Assembly: GCA_963755025.1 (NCBI GenBank)
Contig: CAVWIH010000030.1
Span: 64,001 to 128,000, forward strand
Source: an uncultured Actinomycetes bacterium
GTDB taxonomy: Bacteria > Actinomycetota > Thermoleophilia > UBA2241
Direction: 5' to 3'
DNA length: 64,000 bases
This document shows, piece after piece, positions 12,685 to 22,487 of the stretch. How positions within the stretch are numbered: the stretch's first letter is position 1; each line of letters starts with the position of its first letter. The notes below the pieces were generated by a model. It was not told where the DNA came from and ran no database searches. It saw only the letters and a list, made by a program, of their open reading frames with translations. A program made the position numbers and the translations under genes.

Positions 12685-14274
12685 TCAGCCTCCCGGCGGT
12701 CCCGCGAACTCTTCGTGGGCCAGCGCGACCGCGCGCAGCAGAGCCGCCGCCTTGTTCTCGGTCTCGACGAACTCGCCGCCCGGGTCGGAGTCGGCGACGA
12801 TGCCGGCCCCGGCCTGGGCGTAGGCGACGCCGTCCTTCATGACGATCGTGCGGATGCAGATGCAGGTGTCGAGGTCGCCGCCCGGCGAGAGGTAGCCGAT
12901 CGCCCCGGCGTAGGGGCCGCGCCGCACGGGCTCGAGCTCGTCGATGATCTGCATGGCGCGCACCTTGGGGGCGCCGCTCACGGTGCCGGCCGGGAACGCC
13001 GCCTTGAGGGCGTCGATGGCGCCGTGCCCTTTCGCCAGAGTACCGCTCACCGACGAGACCATGTGGATCACGTGCGAGTAGCGCTCCATGCCCATGAGCT
13101 CGTCGACCTGCACGCTGCCCGGCACGCAGACGCGACCCAGGTCGTTGCGCCCGAGGTCGACCAGCATGACGTGCTCGGCGCACTCCTTGTCGTCGGCGCG
13201 CAGCTCGGCCATGAGGCGCTCGTCTTCGGCTGTGTCGGCGCCGCGCCGCCGCGTGCCGGCGATCGGCCGGGTCACGACCCGGTCGCCGTGCACGGTGACC
13301 AGCGGCTCGGGCGACGAGCCCGCCAGGCAGAAGTCGTCGAAGGCGATGTAGTACATGTAGGGACTGGGATTGACGGCTCGCAGCCCGCGGTAGACGGCGA
13401 ACGGCGAGACGCTGATCGGCGTGGCGAAGCGCTGGCTGAGCACGACCTGGAGCGCGTCGCCGGCCGTGATGTAGTCGCCGATGCGCGCCACGCCGGCCTC
13501 GAAGTCGGCGCGGCTCACCGACGACGTCACCGAGCCCGCGACGCGCGACGCGCCGTGGTCGGGCGCCGCGGCGAGATCGGACGACGCGCCAGGGCCCGCG
13601 GAGCGCGACGGTCCGTCCGCGACCGGCGGCGCCGCGTCGGGCAGCGCCGCCGCCAGGCGCGCCTTGACGTCGGCGATGCGCGCCACGGCCTGCCGGTAGG
13701 GCTCGTCGATGCGCGCGCCGGCCGGCGGCGCCGTCGTCACGCACGGCGTTGGCGACGATCGTGATGGCGTGCTTCAGGTGGTCGAAGACGAGCACCGTGT
13801 CGGCCAGCAGGAAGGCCATCTCGGGCAGCCCCAGGTCGTCGGGCGGCGCGTCGGGCAGGCGCTCGAGGTGGCGGACGAGGTCGTAGGCGAAGTAGCCCAC
13901 GAGGGCGCCGGCGAGCGAGGGCAGCTCGCCGGCCGGCGCCGGGTGCGACTCGGCGACCAGCGCGGCGGCGGCGGCGAAGGGGTCGTCGCAGGCGACTCGC
14001 GGCGCACGCCGTCGCGCTCGACCGTGAGCAGGCCGTCGCGAAAGCCGACCACGGCGCGCGCGCCGATGCCCAGAAAGGAGTAGCGCCCCAGCCGCTGCCC
14101 CTGCTCGGCGCTCTCGAGCAGGAACGCGCGCCGCGGGGTGCCGAGCTTGAGAAACGCCGAGACGGGGGTCTCTAAGTCGGAGAAGAAGGAGTGGGTTACC
14201 GGAACGACGTCGTGAGCGAGAACGAGGCGGCGGGCCTCGGCTAGCTCAGGTGTGCAGCATATGTCCTTTGCCAC
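12685..14274 (-). CDS. trpE: Anthranilate synthase component I; frameshifted
   Basis: DLETPVSAFLKL, FLLESAE..GRYSF, VGYFAYDLVR, QVVLSQRF, NPSPYMY, GSSPE, TRPIAGTRRRG, KECAEHVMLVDLGRND, FPAGTVSGAPKVRAM, QAGAGIVADS. Confidence 0.93.
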
Positions 14275-14622
14275 GGGCCAATCATGGAGCACCTCCGGTG
14301 CGGCTTGGGCCCAACGTCTTCACGGTTTTTCGAGGGTAGGGCACCGACCGGGGCGCCGTCAACCCCGGGTGGGGATAGGGGATAGGAGGGAATGAAACGC
14401 GCCCCCTTCATTTGCCCCCCTCTGCTGGTCGTGCTCGGCCGTCGCTTCGCTGTGGGTCGGGTCTTTGTCAGGATGGCAGGGGTGGAGGGTATCCACCAGG
14501 TTGCCCCGGTCCGGTGCCGAACGGGTCACCGACTCCGCGGCGGATTGCTGCGGTTCCGAGCAGCCTCCGGTTGCGATAGCATCTAGCATCGGGCCGCATG
14601 GCCCACGAAGGGGGCGGCGTAG

Positions 14623-15196
14623 GTGACTAAGAGGTCAACCCTCGCGACGATTCTTGCAGTCATAGCTCTGCAGGCGAGCGCTTTTGCTGTCGGACGCGTC
14701 GATGCGTACCTCGCTCTCTCCGCCCTTGCGGTGTTTGTGTTGTGGGTGCGGTTACTTGCCGCCGCATGGGCCGCTCGCACGATTCCGATCACTGGGGGCG
14801 AGGCTCTCGCAACGACGAGGTCGCGCTTCTTGGGCAAGCTTATCAACTGCGTCGCTTGGTACCCGGCACTGCTCCTGATTGCGGCACTTCCGCAGAGTGG
14901 CCTGGCCGGCCTTCTGGGTCTACACGGTTGCCTATTTCTGGCTCGCTCTGGGTCTCATGGAAGGTCTGACGGGAACCTGCCCTGGCAAGCTCGTGCTCGG
15001 CATGGAAGTACATCGGACAGACGGCTCCCCACGTACTCTCGGAAGCGCGCTCCTGCGCAACGTGATACCGCTCTGGCTCTTCTGGCCGGCCGTCGTTGAA
15101 AGCGTGATCATGCACCACACCGCACGGCGGCAGCGCGGCGCGGACCTGATGGCCCATACAGTGGTGGCGGCGATAGGTCCACACCGCCCCAGTTAG
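14623..15196 (+). CDS. RDD-family membrane protein; frameshift near 14885
   Basis: Hydrophobic N-terminus and ATTRSRFLGKLIN, then EGLTGTCPGKLVLGMEVHRTDG...ALLRN...RRQRGADLMAHTVV, the typical RDD pattern. Confidence 0.7.
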
Positions 15197-15432
15197 TCAG
15201 ACGGCTGCTGGCGGGCCAGCCGACGACCCCTGCAGCCGTGCTCGTCGAATGGTCGCCCCCCCCGGAGTAGGCGAACCGTGCGAAGGGCGGCGAGCCGAGG
15301 TGTGCAGGTTCGCGACAGTCTTCAGGGTTCCATCCGCTTACCCCCCTGCACGTCCCGATTGGTCCAGCCGGTACCACGCTTCTGCGCTATGCGGGCCTGC
15401 TGTAGGCTAGTGCGAACCTCACAGGGAGAGCG

Positions 15433-16365
15433 GTGATGCCTTCTCATACGCGCAACGACGGGGCGACTGAGGCCGAACTTGAGGTGAGATCGCAGGCCGA
15501 GAAACTGGCAAGCGAGGCAAAGCCCGCAGACTTTCGCCAGATCGGCAAGCTGCTGGCCCAGTCAGACTCGGCACCCCAGTCACGATTCTTGGCCAATCTG
15601 CTCTTCACGAGCGGCTCCGGCGGCGTGGCGGTTCTCCTCGAACAGCTCGACGATCCGGCGGTCCGCCCCTTTGCGATAGGGGCATTGCGCCACTCCCACG
15701 ACGAGGCCGTGTGGGACCGCCTGTTGGCTACTGCCGCCGCTATGCGCCGTGATAGAGAGGCGCATCTCGGGCTCAGCGGGCGACTCAAGCTCAAGGTCTT
15801 CAAGAAGTGCCAGTACATCCGGCGAGACCCCAGCGGGACGCGTGGCCTGTTCGCCGACCATGCTCACGGCTATTCGCTTTCCCTGCCCGCCGAATGGGTG
15901 GTCATGGTGGACACACCCATGAAGAACGGTGGGCACGTAGTCCAGTTCGCGAGCAGCCCGCAGACGGTCAAGGGCCTTTTGGAAATCGAAGGGCTAGTGA
16001 AACCACTGGCTACGGTCTTCTCCCGAACGCTGGACCGCGCTCATCGGTCCATCGACGCGGAGACCTTTGTCGCCATTTCGCTGGGGGAGCGCGCAAGGTT
16101 AGAAAGCATGGCTCCCGACGCCGAGGAGAACGAGACGCAACTCGAACCCGAGTTACTCGAAGACCGGCACCGCGTCGTTGTCGATGGCCGCCCCGCCGTT
16201 GCTGAAAGATGGGCATCCGGGCTACGGACGACTTGGTCGTGTCGACTGGTCGATCGAGGCCGCTTCTATACCCTCGGCACCTCGACGCTATTGCGCGACT
16301 GGGAGACCTTCAGGCCGACGCACGACGAGATCGTCGGGTCATTCATGCTAGCGTCGGGCGACTGA
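15433..16365 (+). CDS. Hypothetical protein: helical (HEAT-like) N-terminus plus PsbP/DcrB-like C-terminus
   Basis: 310-aa ORF preceded by GGGAGAG. GYSLSLPAEW and the terminal RFYTLGTST..WETFRPTHDEIVGSF suggest a PsbP-like fold (inference). Confidence 0.65.
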   Translation: MMPSHTRNDGATEAELEVRSQAEKLASEAKPADFRQIGKLLAQSDSAPQSRFLANLLFTSGSGGVAVLLEQLDDPAVRPFAIGALRHSHDEAVWDRLLATAAAMRRDREAHLGLSGRLKLKVFKKCQYIRRDPSGTRGLFADHAHGYSLSLPAEWVVMVDTPMKNGGHVVQFASSPQTVKGLLEIEGLVKPLATVFSRTLDRAHRSIDAETFVAISLGERARLESMAPDAEENETQLEPELLEDRHRVVVDGRPAVAERWASGLRTTWSCRLVDRGRFYTLGTSTLLRDWETFRPTHDEIVGSFMLASGD

Positions 16366-16374
16366 GGTCGGCGC

Positions 16375-17045
16375 ATGGGCATCAGCCAAGAAGCCGAGCG
16401 CCTTGCCGCGAGCGGCACACGGCAAGACCTCGCAAGAATCGCCACACTCCTCGGTGCCTCAACGTCCCCCGACCTGTCGCGCCGTCTCGCGAAGTTGTTG
16501 TTCGACTCGGGGCAGCCAGGCGTCGACGTTCTATGTCAGGCTTTGGATGACCCGGCGGTACAACCCTTTGCCGAGCGCGTGCTGCGCCACTCCAGCGATA
16601 TGGCCGTATGGGAGGCCTTATGCAACGCCAGCATGGCGCGTGCCAATGAGACGCGCGAGAAAGCTTCTCTTGTCATGCGTTTGGCCGCTGGGTCTGCCGA
16701 CAAGCGGTGCTATGCGATCCCCCGTGATCCGAGCCGGCAGCTTGGCCTGTATCGCGACGATGCGCGCGGCTTCTCTTGCTTTTCCCACCGGATTGGGTGT
16801 CCCTGTTTCCTCGGAGGGTTCGGGGACTGCTCCATGGGACGTGGAGCATACGCTTCCGCAGCAGTCCGCAAGCGGTGAAGTGGGGGCCTCGAGAGTCGTT
16901 TTCCTCTCAGCACGCCGAGGTGCAGGTATCTGCGGCCGTTGATGTGGGGCCTGAGCCCTGCCGCGCGACCCGGGGTGGAGCGGGCGAGCCGGGCGAGGCA
17001 GCGCGCACCACGGGCCAAGGGGCGCGAATCGGAGGGGGCGCGTAG
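16375..17045 (+). CDS. Paralogue of the upstream hypothetical protein; frameshifted near 16775 and apparently truncated
   Basis: Aligns by eye with 15433-16365: LLFDSGQPGVDVLCQALDDPAVQPFA..LRHSSDMAVW against LLFTSGSGGVAVLLEQLDDPAVRPFA..LRHSHDEAVW; shared RDPS..GL; FRSSPQAVK against FASSPQTVK. Confidence 0.6.
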
Positions 17046-17209
17046 TGAGCCCCGGCGGCCGTCGGCACGCCGATCTGCGCGCAGGTGCGTTCCATGGTAG
17101 GGGTCTACCCGCGGCGGCCTCGCGGCGGCGCTGTTGGCGGCGCGGCCGCCACGTCCCGGAGGCGACGATCACGGCGCTGGCGCGCCGGTAGCCGCCCACC
17201 ACGGAGCCG

Positions 17210-17448
17210 CTACTCCACGGGCAGCATGAGGTGCCATTCGCTCTCGGGCAAGCTGATCTCGGCGGACGGCCCTGCGATGCTCACCAGCGTCACGAACCGG
17301 ACGTGCGCCAGGAACTGGTCGCCCACGCGAGAGGCCACGGCGTGCAGTCGTTCGTGATGACCCGCCACTCGCGCCCCTGAAAGCGCACCGTCTGGCCCGG
17401 CCGTGGCGCCTTGTCCTCGCGGCTCTTGTCGGTCGGGCGAGGCGTCAC
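17210..17448 (-). CDS. Small hypothetical protein; frameshifted
   Basis: GTGA overlap with the upstream FeS gene. TPRPTDKSREDKAPRPGQTVRFQGREWRVITNDC followed by SRVGDQFLAHVRFVTLVSIAG..LPESEWHLMLPVE in another frame. Confidence 0.45.
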
Positions 17449-18506
17449 GCACCGCCGAGGCCTGGTCTCAGCGCTTCGCCGCTCCGGCCGGCCATCTCGA
17501 CGGCCCCCTCGGGGCAGCCGGTGGCGCACAGGCCGCACCCGCGGCAGAGGGCCGCGTCGATCTGCAGGGCGGGCTCTCTGTGGCGGTCGATGGTGATTGC
17601 CGCGAAGGGGCAGCGGCGCACGCAGCGCGCGCACAGGGTGCAGGTCGCGGCGTCGACCGCCGCCCGGTAGCGCCGCACCGGCCACACGTCGGCCGCCCCC
17701 AGGCGCTCGCCGGCGAGTATGGGAAAGCAGCAGTCGCTGCAGCAGTTGCAGATGCCGTGATGACCGTGGAGGCTCGAGAGGTACGCCGTGTGCATGAGGC
17801 CTTCGCGGTCGGCCTGGCGCAGCACGGTGATGGCGCGGTCCTTGGAGAGCTCCCAGCCGATGTCGCGCTCGTTGCCGAAGCGCAGGCAGACCGAGTGCGA
17901 CTTCTCGCAGCGGCCCCACATGGCCCGGCAGTTGCAGGGCCACAGGTAGATGGCGGGCGCCTCGCGGATGAGCTGCTCCGCCTCGTGGAGGAGGAGGTAG
18001 CTGTAGTCGCGCTGGTCGCCCTGCGCCGTCTCGCCGGCGAGCACGGCGGCGATACCACCGCCGACCTCGGCGAGGTAGTCATCGAGCTCCCACTCGTTCA
18101 GCTGCCGGCGGATCTCGGGCGAGATGTCGCGCCAGTCTTCGAACAGCGCCCAGAGCTCGTAGCGTGCGTGAAAGTCGGCGGGCGCCAGCTCGTCGCCGAT
18201 GCGCTCCAGGATGGCGCGCCGCACGGCGCGGTCGACGGTCAGCGAGCCGCGAGTGCCGAGCAAGGAACCGCCGGCGAGCAGCGAGCCGCGGGCGGCGGCG
18301 AGCACGAGCTCGACGTCGGCCGGCTCGTAGAAGCGGTCGAGAAAGGGGACGATGAATGCCGGCGCGTCGATGGCGCGGGCAAACTCGCGCAGGCGCTCGT
18401 CGGCGCTCTGGGAGTCGGTGCGACCGGCCCCACCAGCGGCCGCGGCGTTGACCGGCTCGTCGGCCTTGCGCTCGCTCACCGGCTCGTCCACCTTGCGCTC
18501 GCTCAC
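17445..18506 (-). CDS. 4Fe-4S dicluster (ferredoxin-domain) protein
   Basis: PCNCR...C...C, GLMH, ICNCCSDCC, and C-terminal CTLCARCVRRCP and CRGCGLCATGCP motifs. Confidence 0.85.
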   Translation of the reverse strand: MSERKVDEPVSERKADEPVNAAAAGGAGRTDSQSADERLREFARAIDAPAFIVPFLDRFYEPADVELVLAAARGSLLAGGSLLGTRGSLTVDRAVRRAILERIGDELAPADFHARYELWALFEDWRDISPEIRRQLNEWELDDYLAEVGGGIAAVLAGETAQGDQRDYSYLLLHEAEQLIREAPAIYLWPCNCRAMWGRCEKSHSVCLRFGNERDIGWELSKDRAITVLRQADREGLMHTAYLSSLHGHHGICNCCSDCCFPILAGERLGAADVWPVRRYRAAVDAATCTLCARCVRRCPFAAITIDRHREPALQIDAALCRGCGLCATGCPEGAVEMAGRSGEALRPGLGGA

Positions 18507-18510
18507 CGGC

Positions 18511-18870
18511 TCACCGCTCCTTGTCTTGCAGGTACTCGACCAGAGGTTCGACCCGGCCGCCCATGACCGCCTCGATGACCACATCGAGGACCGCCCGGGC
18601 CACTTCGATGTCGGTCACGGCCGGCGTGTAGACGTACGCTTCACCACTTCGATCTTGGCGCACGAGCCCCTTGCGGGCAAGGTTGTTCAGGGTGGTCATC
18701 ACCGTCGTGTAGGCCGTCCTGCGCCGCAGGCGCAGCTCCTCGTAGACGTCGCGCACGTTCACGCGCTGACGGTCCCACACGACGCGCATGACGGCCGCCT
18801 CGAGCGGACCGAGCCCGATGAGCTCCTGAGCGCGCGGTGCGGGTTTCCAGTGTTCGGCGGCCACGGTCAC
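18511..18870 (-). CDS. BlaI/MecI/CopY-family transcriptional repressor
   Basis: LGPLEAAVMRVVW..VRDVYEEL..AYTTVMTTLNNLARKGLV..AYVYTP. Confidence 0.88.
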   Translation of the reverse strand: MTVAAEHWKPAPRAQELIGLGPLEAAVMRVVWDRQRVNVRDVYEELRLRRRTAYTTVMTTLNNLARKGLVRQDRSGEAYVYTPAVTDIEVARAVLDVVIEAVMGGRVEPLVEYLQDKER

Positions 18871-19251
18871 CACAGGTCGCCGAAGTAGCGCTCGAAGAGC
18901 TCGCCGAGCTGCCGGTCGGCGGCCGCCAGCAGGGCGCCGTAGCGTTCGGCCAGCTCGCGCCCGTCGGCCGTGAGGACCGAGCCTCCGCCGCACGAACCGC
19001 CGATGCGACGCTCGAAGAGCTGCACGCCGAGCTGGTCTTCGGCGTCGTGCACGAGGTGCCACGCCTTGCTGTACGACACGCCCAGTCTCTTTGGCGGCCT
19101 GGCGCAGCGAACCGATCTCGGCCACGCCGGCCAGGAGCTCGTAGGTGTCCGACCCGAACAGCGGGGTCTCGCCGTCGTGCAGCCAGATGCGCTGCCCGGG
19201 TCGCACGCGGCCGCCGTCTGTGGGCGTCGCGCTCTTGCTGTCTTGCGCCAT
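18867..19251 (-). CDS. modE: ModE-type winged-HTH regulator, DNA-binding domain only; frameshift near 19080
   Basis: RIWL..FGSDTYELL..GSLRQAAK, then SYSKAW..AEDQLG..LFERRIGG..GGGSVLTADG. No TOBE/Mop domains. Confidence 0.8.
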
Positions 19252-19360
19252 GACTGTGAGACCTGTCATCGGCTCCCTCTCGTAGCCACCACAAAGGACG
19301 TCGGTGCGGCCGGCGGGGCGCGCGCGGCGTCTGACGCCGCCCGCGCCCCTGCCCGGCCGC

Positions 19361-20882
19361 TCAGGCGCTCGTGTACAGGCCCAGCGGCTGACTCGAGGTG
19401 TCGAAGATCAGGCTTTTGGCCTCGGTGAACTCGTCGATGCCGGCGTCGCCCAGCTCGCGGCCGAGGCCGCTCTGCTTGTAGCCGCCCCAGGGCAGTTCGA
19501 CCGGACTCCAGTTGTAGGTGTTCACGTACATCGTGCCGGCGCGGACCGCCTGGGCGACCCGCATGGCCTTTGCCCCGTCCTTGGTCCAGACGCCCCCGGC
19601 AAGGCCGTAGATGGTGTCGTTGGCCAAAGCGACGGCCTCGGCCTCGGTGTCGAAGGGGATGACCACGAGCACCGGCCCGAAGATCTCCTCTTGAGCCACG
19701 CGCATCTTGTTGTCGACGTCGACGAAGATGGTGGGTTCGTAGTAGTAGCCTTTGCGCTCGATGCGCTTGCCGCCGCAGAGCAGGCGGGCGCCCTCGTCGC
19801 GGCCGATGGCCACGTAGCGCTCGGTCGTCTCGAGCTGCTCGCGCGAGACGAGCGGCCCCATCTCGGAGGCCGGGCTCGAGCCCGGGGCCCACCTTGATCG
19901 CCTCGGCGCGCTCCTTCAGGGCGGCGGTGAACTCGTCGTAAATGGCACGCTCCAGAAGCAGGCGCGAGCCGGCGCAGCAGACCTGTCCGGCGTTGGCGAA
20001 GGCGCCGAACAGCGCGCCCTGCAGGGCCGCCTCGAAGTCGGCGTCGGCAAAGACGATGTTGGGGCTCTTGCCGCCGAGCTCGAGTCCGACCTTCTTCACC
20101 GTGCCGGCCGCCTGCCGCATGATCTGCACGCCCACCTCGAGCGAGCCCGTCAGGGTCACCATGTCGACGAGCGGCGAGGTGCAGAAGACGTCGCCCACGG
20201 TGCGGCCGGGCCCCACCACGACCTGAAAGACGCCGCGTGGCAGTCCCACCTCGTCGAAGATGCGGGCCATCTCGATCGTGGTCAGGGGCGACACGCTGGC
20301 CGGCTTGATGATGACCACGTTGCCGACGGCCAGCGCCGAGGCGAACTTCCAGGCGCCCAGCAGCAAGGGAAAGTTCCAGGGCGTGATGCCGACGACCACG
20401 CCGACCGGCTCGCGCACGACCACGCCAAAGCTCGGCGGCGAGACGGTCGTGGTCTGCCGGCCACCGTGCGTGGTGGCCAGGCTGGCGGCGTACTCGAGAC
20501 AGTAGGCGACGTCGCCCATGTCGAACAGCGAGTCGCCCAGGAGCTTGCCCATCTGCAGGGTCTCGAGGCGGGCGAGCTCGTCGGCGCGGCTGCGCACGCC
20601 GGCCGCGGCGGCGCGCAGGATCGCGGCCCGCTCGGGCGCCGTCATGCGCGGCCAGGGGCCTTCGTCGAAAGCGCGACGGGCGGCCGCGACGGCCGCCTGG
20701 GCCTCGGCTACGCCGCCGCTCGCCGCGTGGGCGACGAGCTCCTCGGTGGCCGGGTCGACGATGGCAAGCGACGCGCCGCCGCGCGCTCCGACCCACTCGC
20801 CGTCGATGAACATCTGGTAGAAGTCGACGGCCGCTACGGGCTCGTCGGCGCGATCGCCTTGCTTAGCCTTGTTGCTGCTCAT
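19361..20882 (-). CDS. NAD(P)-dependent aldehyde dehydrogenase (betaine-aldehyde dehydrogenase-like); frameshift near 19865
   Basis: [37 protein letters not shown] (catalytic Cys), EEIFGPV, PWGGYKQSGLGRELG. Confidence 0.92.
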
Positions 20883-21217
20883 GTGGCACGCTCCAGATCC
20901 AGACCCCGGCACCGCCGGAAGAGTCGCTTCAGAAGTCGTTGCTGGCAAACAAGCGCACGCGCGGCGTGCGCCGCCATCGTCCAGGCTCCCGCCCCCAATC
21001 TGTGCTGCTCGACTGTCAGTGGCCTTGCGGCATCCGGATTGCCGGCTTAGACGAGGGCAGGCGAACGCCGAGGGTGTGATCGGGGAGTTCGCGCGATGCC
21101 GCCCGGGGAAAGGAGGTGCGGCTGGCGGCGCGGCACGATGCAGGCATGCCGCGCTCGAGCGACGGACCGGACGGTCGGGCGCTGGCATGCGCTCGCCGAC
21201 GGTGGTCGTCGCCTCCG

Positions 21218-21329
21218 CTGCTTCTCCTTTCCAAAGCCGGGAGGCACGGTCGTTTCCCACCGCACCCTATCGGCGCACGTTCCATAGGCTTGTCAGGTGC
21301 CCGTAGGACCCACGCGCTCGAAGAAGCAG
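21218..21329 (-). ncRNA. Moco-family riboswitch, P3-less (Wco/tungsten-type) variant
   Basis: Minus strand reads CUGCUUCUUCGAG-CGCGU-GGGUCCUACGGG...CCUAUGG-AACGUGC-GCCGAU-AGGGUGCGGUG-GGAAAC-GACCGUG-CCUCCCGGCUUUGGAAAGGAG-AAGCAG. It has the Moco RNA hallmarks CCUA.GG, UAUGG, AGGG, a GAAA-type loop and CCUCCC..GGAAAGGAG, and P1 is closed by CUGCUUCUUC/GGAGAAGCAG. TATACT -10 at 21334-21339. Confidence 0.85.
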
Positions 21330-21446
21330 GGGCAGTATAGCGGTCGCGGGCGGCGGGCTGTAGGTCCGGCCGGTCTGTAGCAGTGTCGTAGTATTTGACT
21401 ACCTGTGCCGGTCGCGCAGGGTCGCGGAGCCGAGGTGCCGGAGCTT

Positions 21447-22487
21447 CTACCCGGCGGTCTCGCGAAAGGCGTCGGTTAGCGGGGTGCGGCGCCCGGCCGC
21501 CTGAAGGTGGGCGAAGCCCGCCTCGTAGAGCATCGTCTTGCAGGCGCCGATGTCGCGGCCGCGATGCCCGGCGGTGTCGCCCTGCGTGTCGCGCGGGTTG
21601 GCGCCCGCCTCGGCAAAGAGTGAGTTGGCGCCCGAGGTGAGGCCGAGCACGTTGGGCTCGTGGACGCCTATGGCCCGCGTTTCGGGGCAGCCCAGGGTCG
21701 CCAGGGCCACCACGGCGGTCACCTGGGCGAGGCGCAGCTCCGAGATCTGGCCGTTCGCGCTGAGCGGCGACGAGGGCAGATGCACGCGGCGCATCGCGGC
21801 GTGGCCGACGCAGCCGTACCGCACCCCCAGGAACAGCTGCTCGGCGAGCTCCCGCGGGCTGTGCTCGGGACCGATCGGCTCGCAGCAGTACCAGAGGTCG
21901 AGCCCGGCGTCGTTGATCGCGCGCATGGTCGCCTTGCGCCGCTCGGGATCGAGCGCCGTGTCGGCGCCCTCGCGCAGGCGCAGGACGTGGTAGGCGCCGG
22001 TCACCCCGGCGGCCTTCAGGTCGTGCGCCTGGTCGGCGTCGAAGTCGCCGACGTTGACCACGAGCTGGATCGCGGCCGCCATGCGCCGGCGCACCAGCGC
22101 CACGAGGCGCATGAGCCGCTCGAAGTCGAAGGTGTGCATCGTCATGAGGAAGAGGGCGTCGAGCTCGCCCGTGGCGGTGAAGCCGTCGACCTTGCTCAGC
22201 AGCTCCGCGTCGCTCATGACGCTCGGTTCGAACGCCGTGTGCTGCGCGGCGAAGCTGCAGAACCTGCAGGCGCCCGGGCACGGCGCGATCTCAATGCCGA
22301 TCTGCGCGAAGATGAGTCCGTGGTTGCCGAACCGGCCACGCGTGACGGCGTCGCCCACCGCCCGCGGGTGGGCGGCCTCGAGCGAGGTCTCGGCAAAGCC
22401 CAGCAGGTAGGCGCAGTCGCCCTGCGACGGAGCGCGGCCGCTCTGCGCACGGTCGAGCAGGCTCGCGACCTTCGGGTCGATCGTCAT
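21447..22487 (-). CDS. Radical SAM protein, biotin-synthase-related
   Basis: CPGACRFC motif, NVGD, YHVLRLREG.DT, CCEPIGPEH, AEAGANPRD. ATGA overlap with the HAD gene. Confidence 0.85.
   Translation of the reverse strand: MTIDPKVASLLDRAQSGRAPSQGDCAYLLGFAETSLEAAHPRAVGDAVTRGRFGNHGLIFAQIGIEIAPCPGACRFCSFAAQHTAFEPSVMSDAELLSKVDGFTATGELDALFLMTMHTFDFERLMRLVALVRRRMAAAIQLVVNVGDFDADQAHDLKAAGVTGAYHVLRLREGADTALDPERRKATMRAINDAGLDLWYCCEPIGPEHSPRELAEQLFLGVRYGCVGHAAMRRVHLPSSPLSANGQISELRLAQVTAVVALATLGCPETRAIGVHEPNVLGLTSGANSLFAEAGANPRDTQGDTAGHRGRDIGACKTMLYEAGFAHLQAAGRRTPLTDAFRETAG

Noticed and set aside
14275-14620. trp attenuator or T-box upstream of trpE; small ORF 14392-14586
   Set aside because: No Trp-rich leader peptide or T-box motif seen. 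The small ORF has an RBS but no recognisable product.
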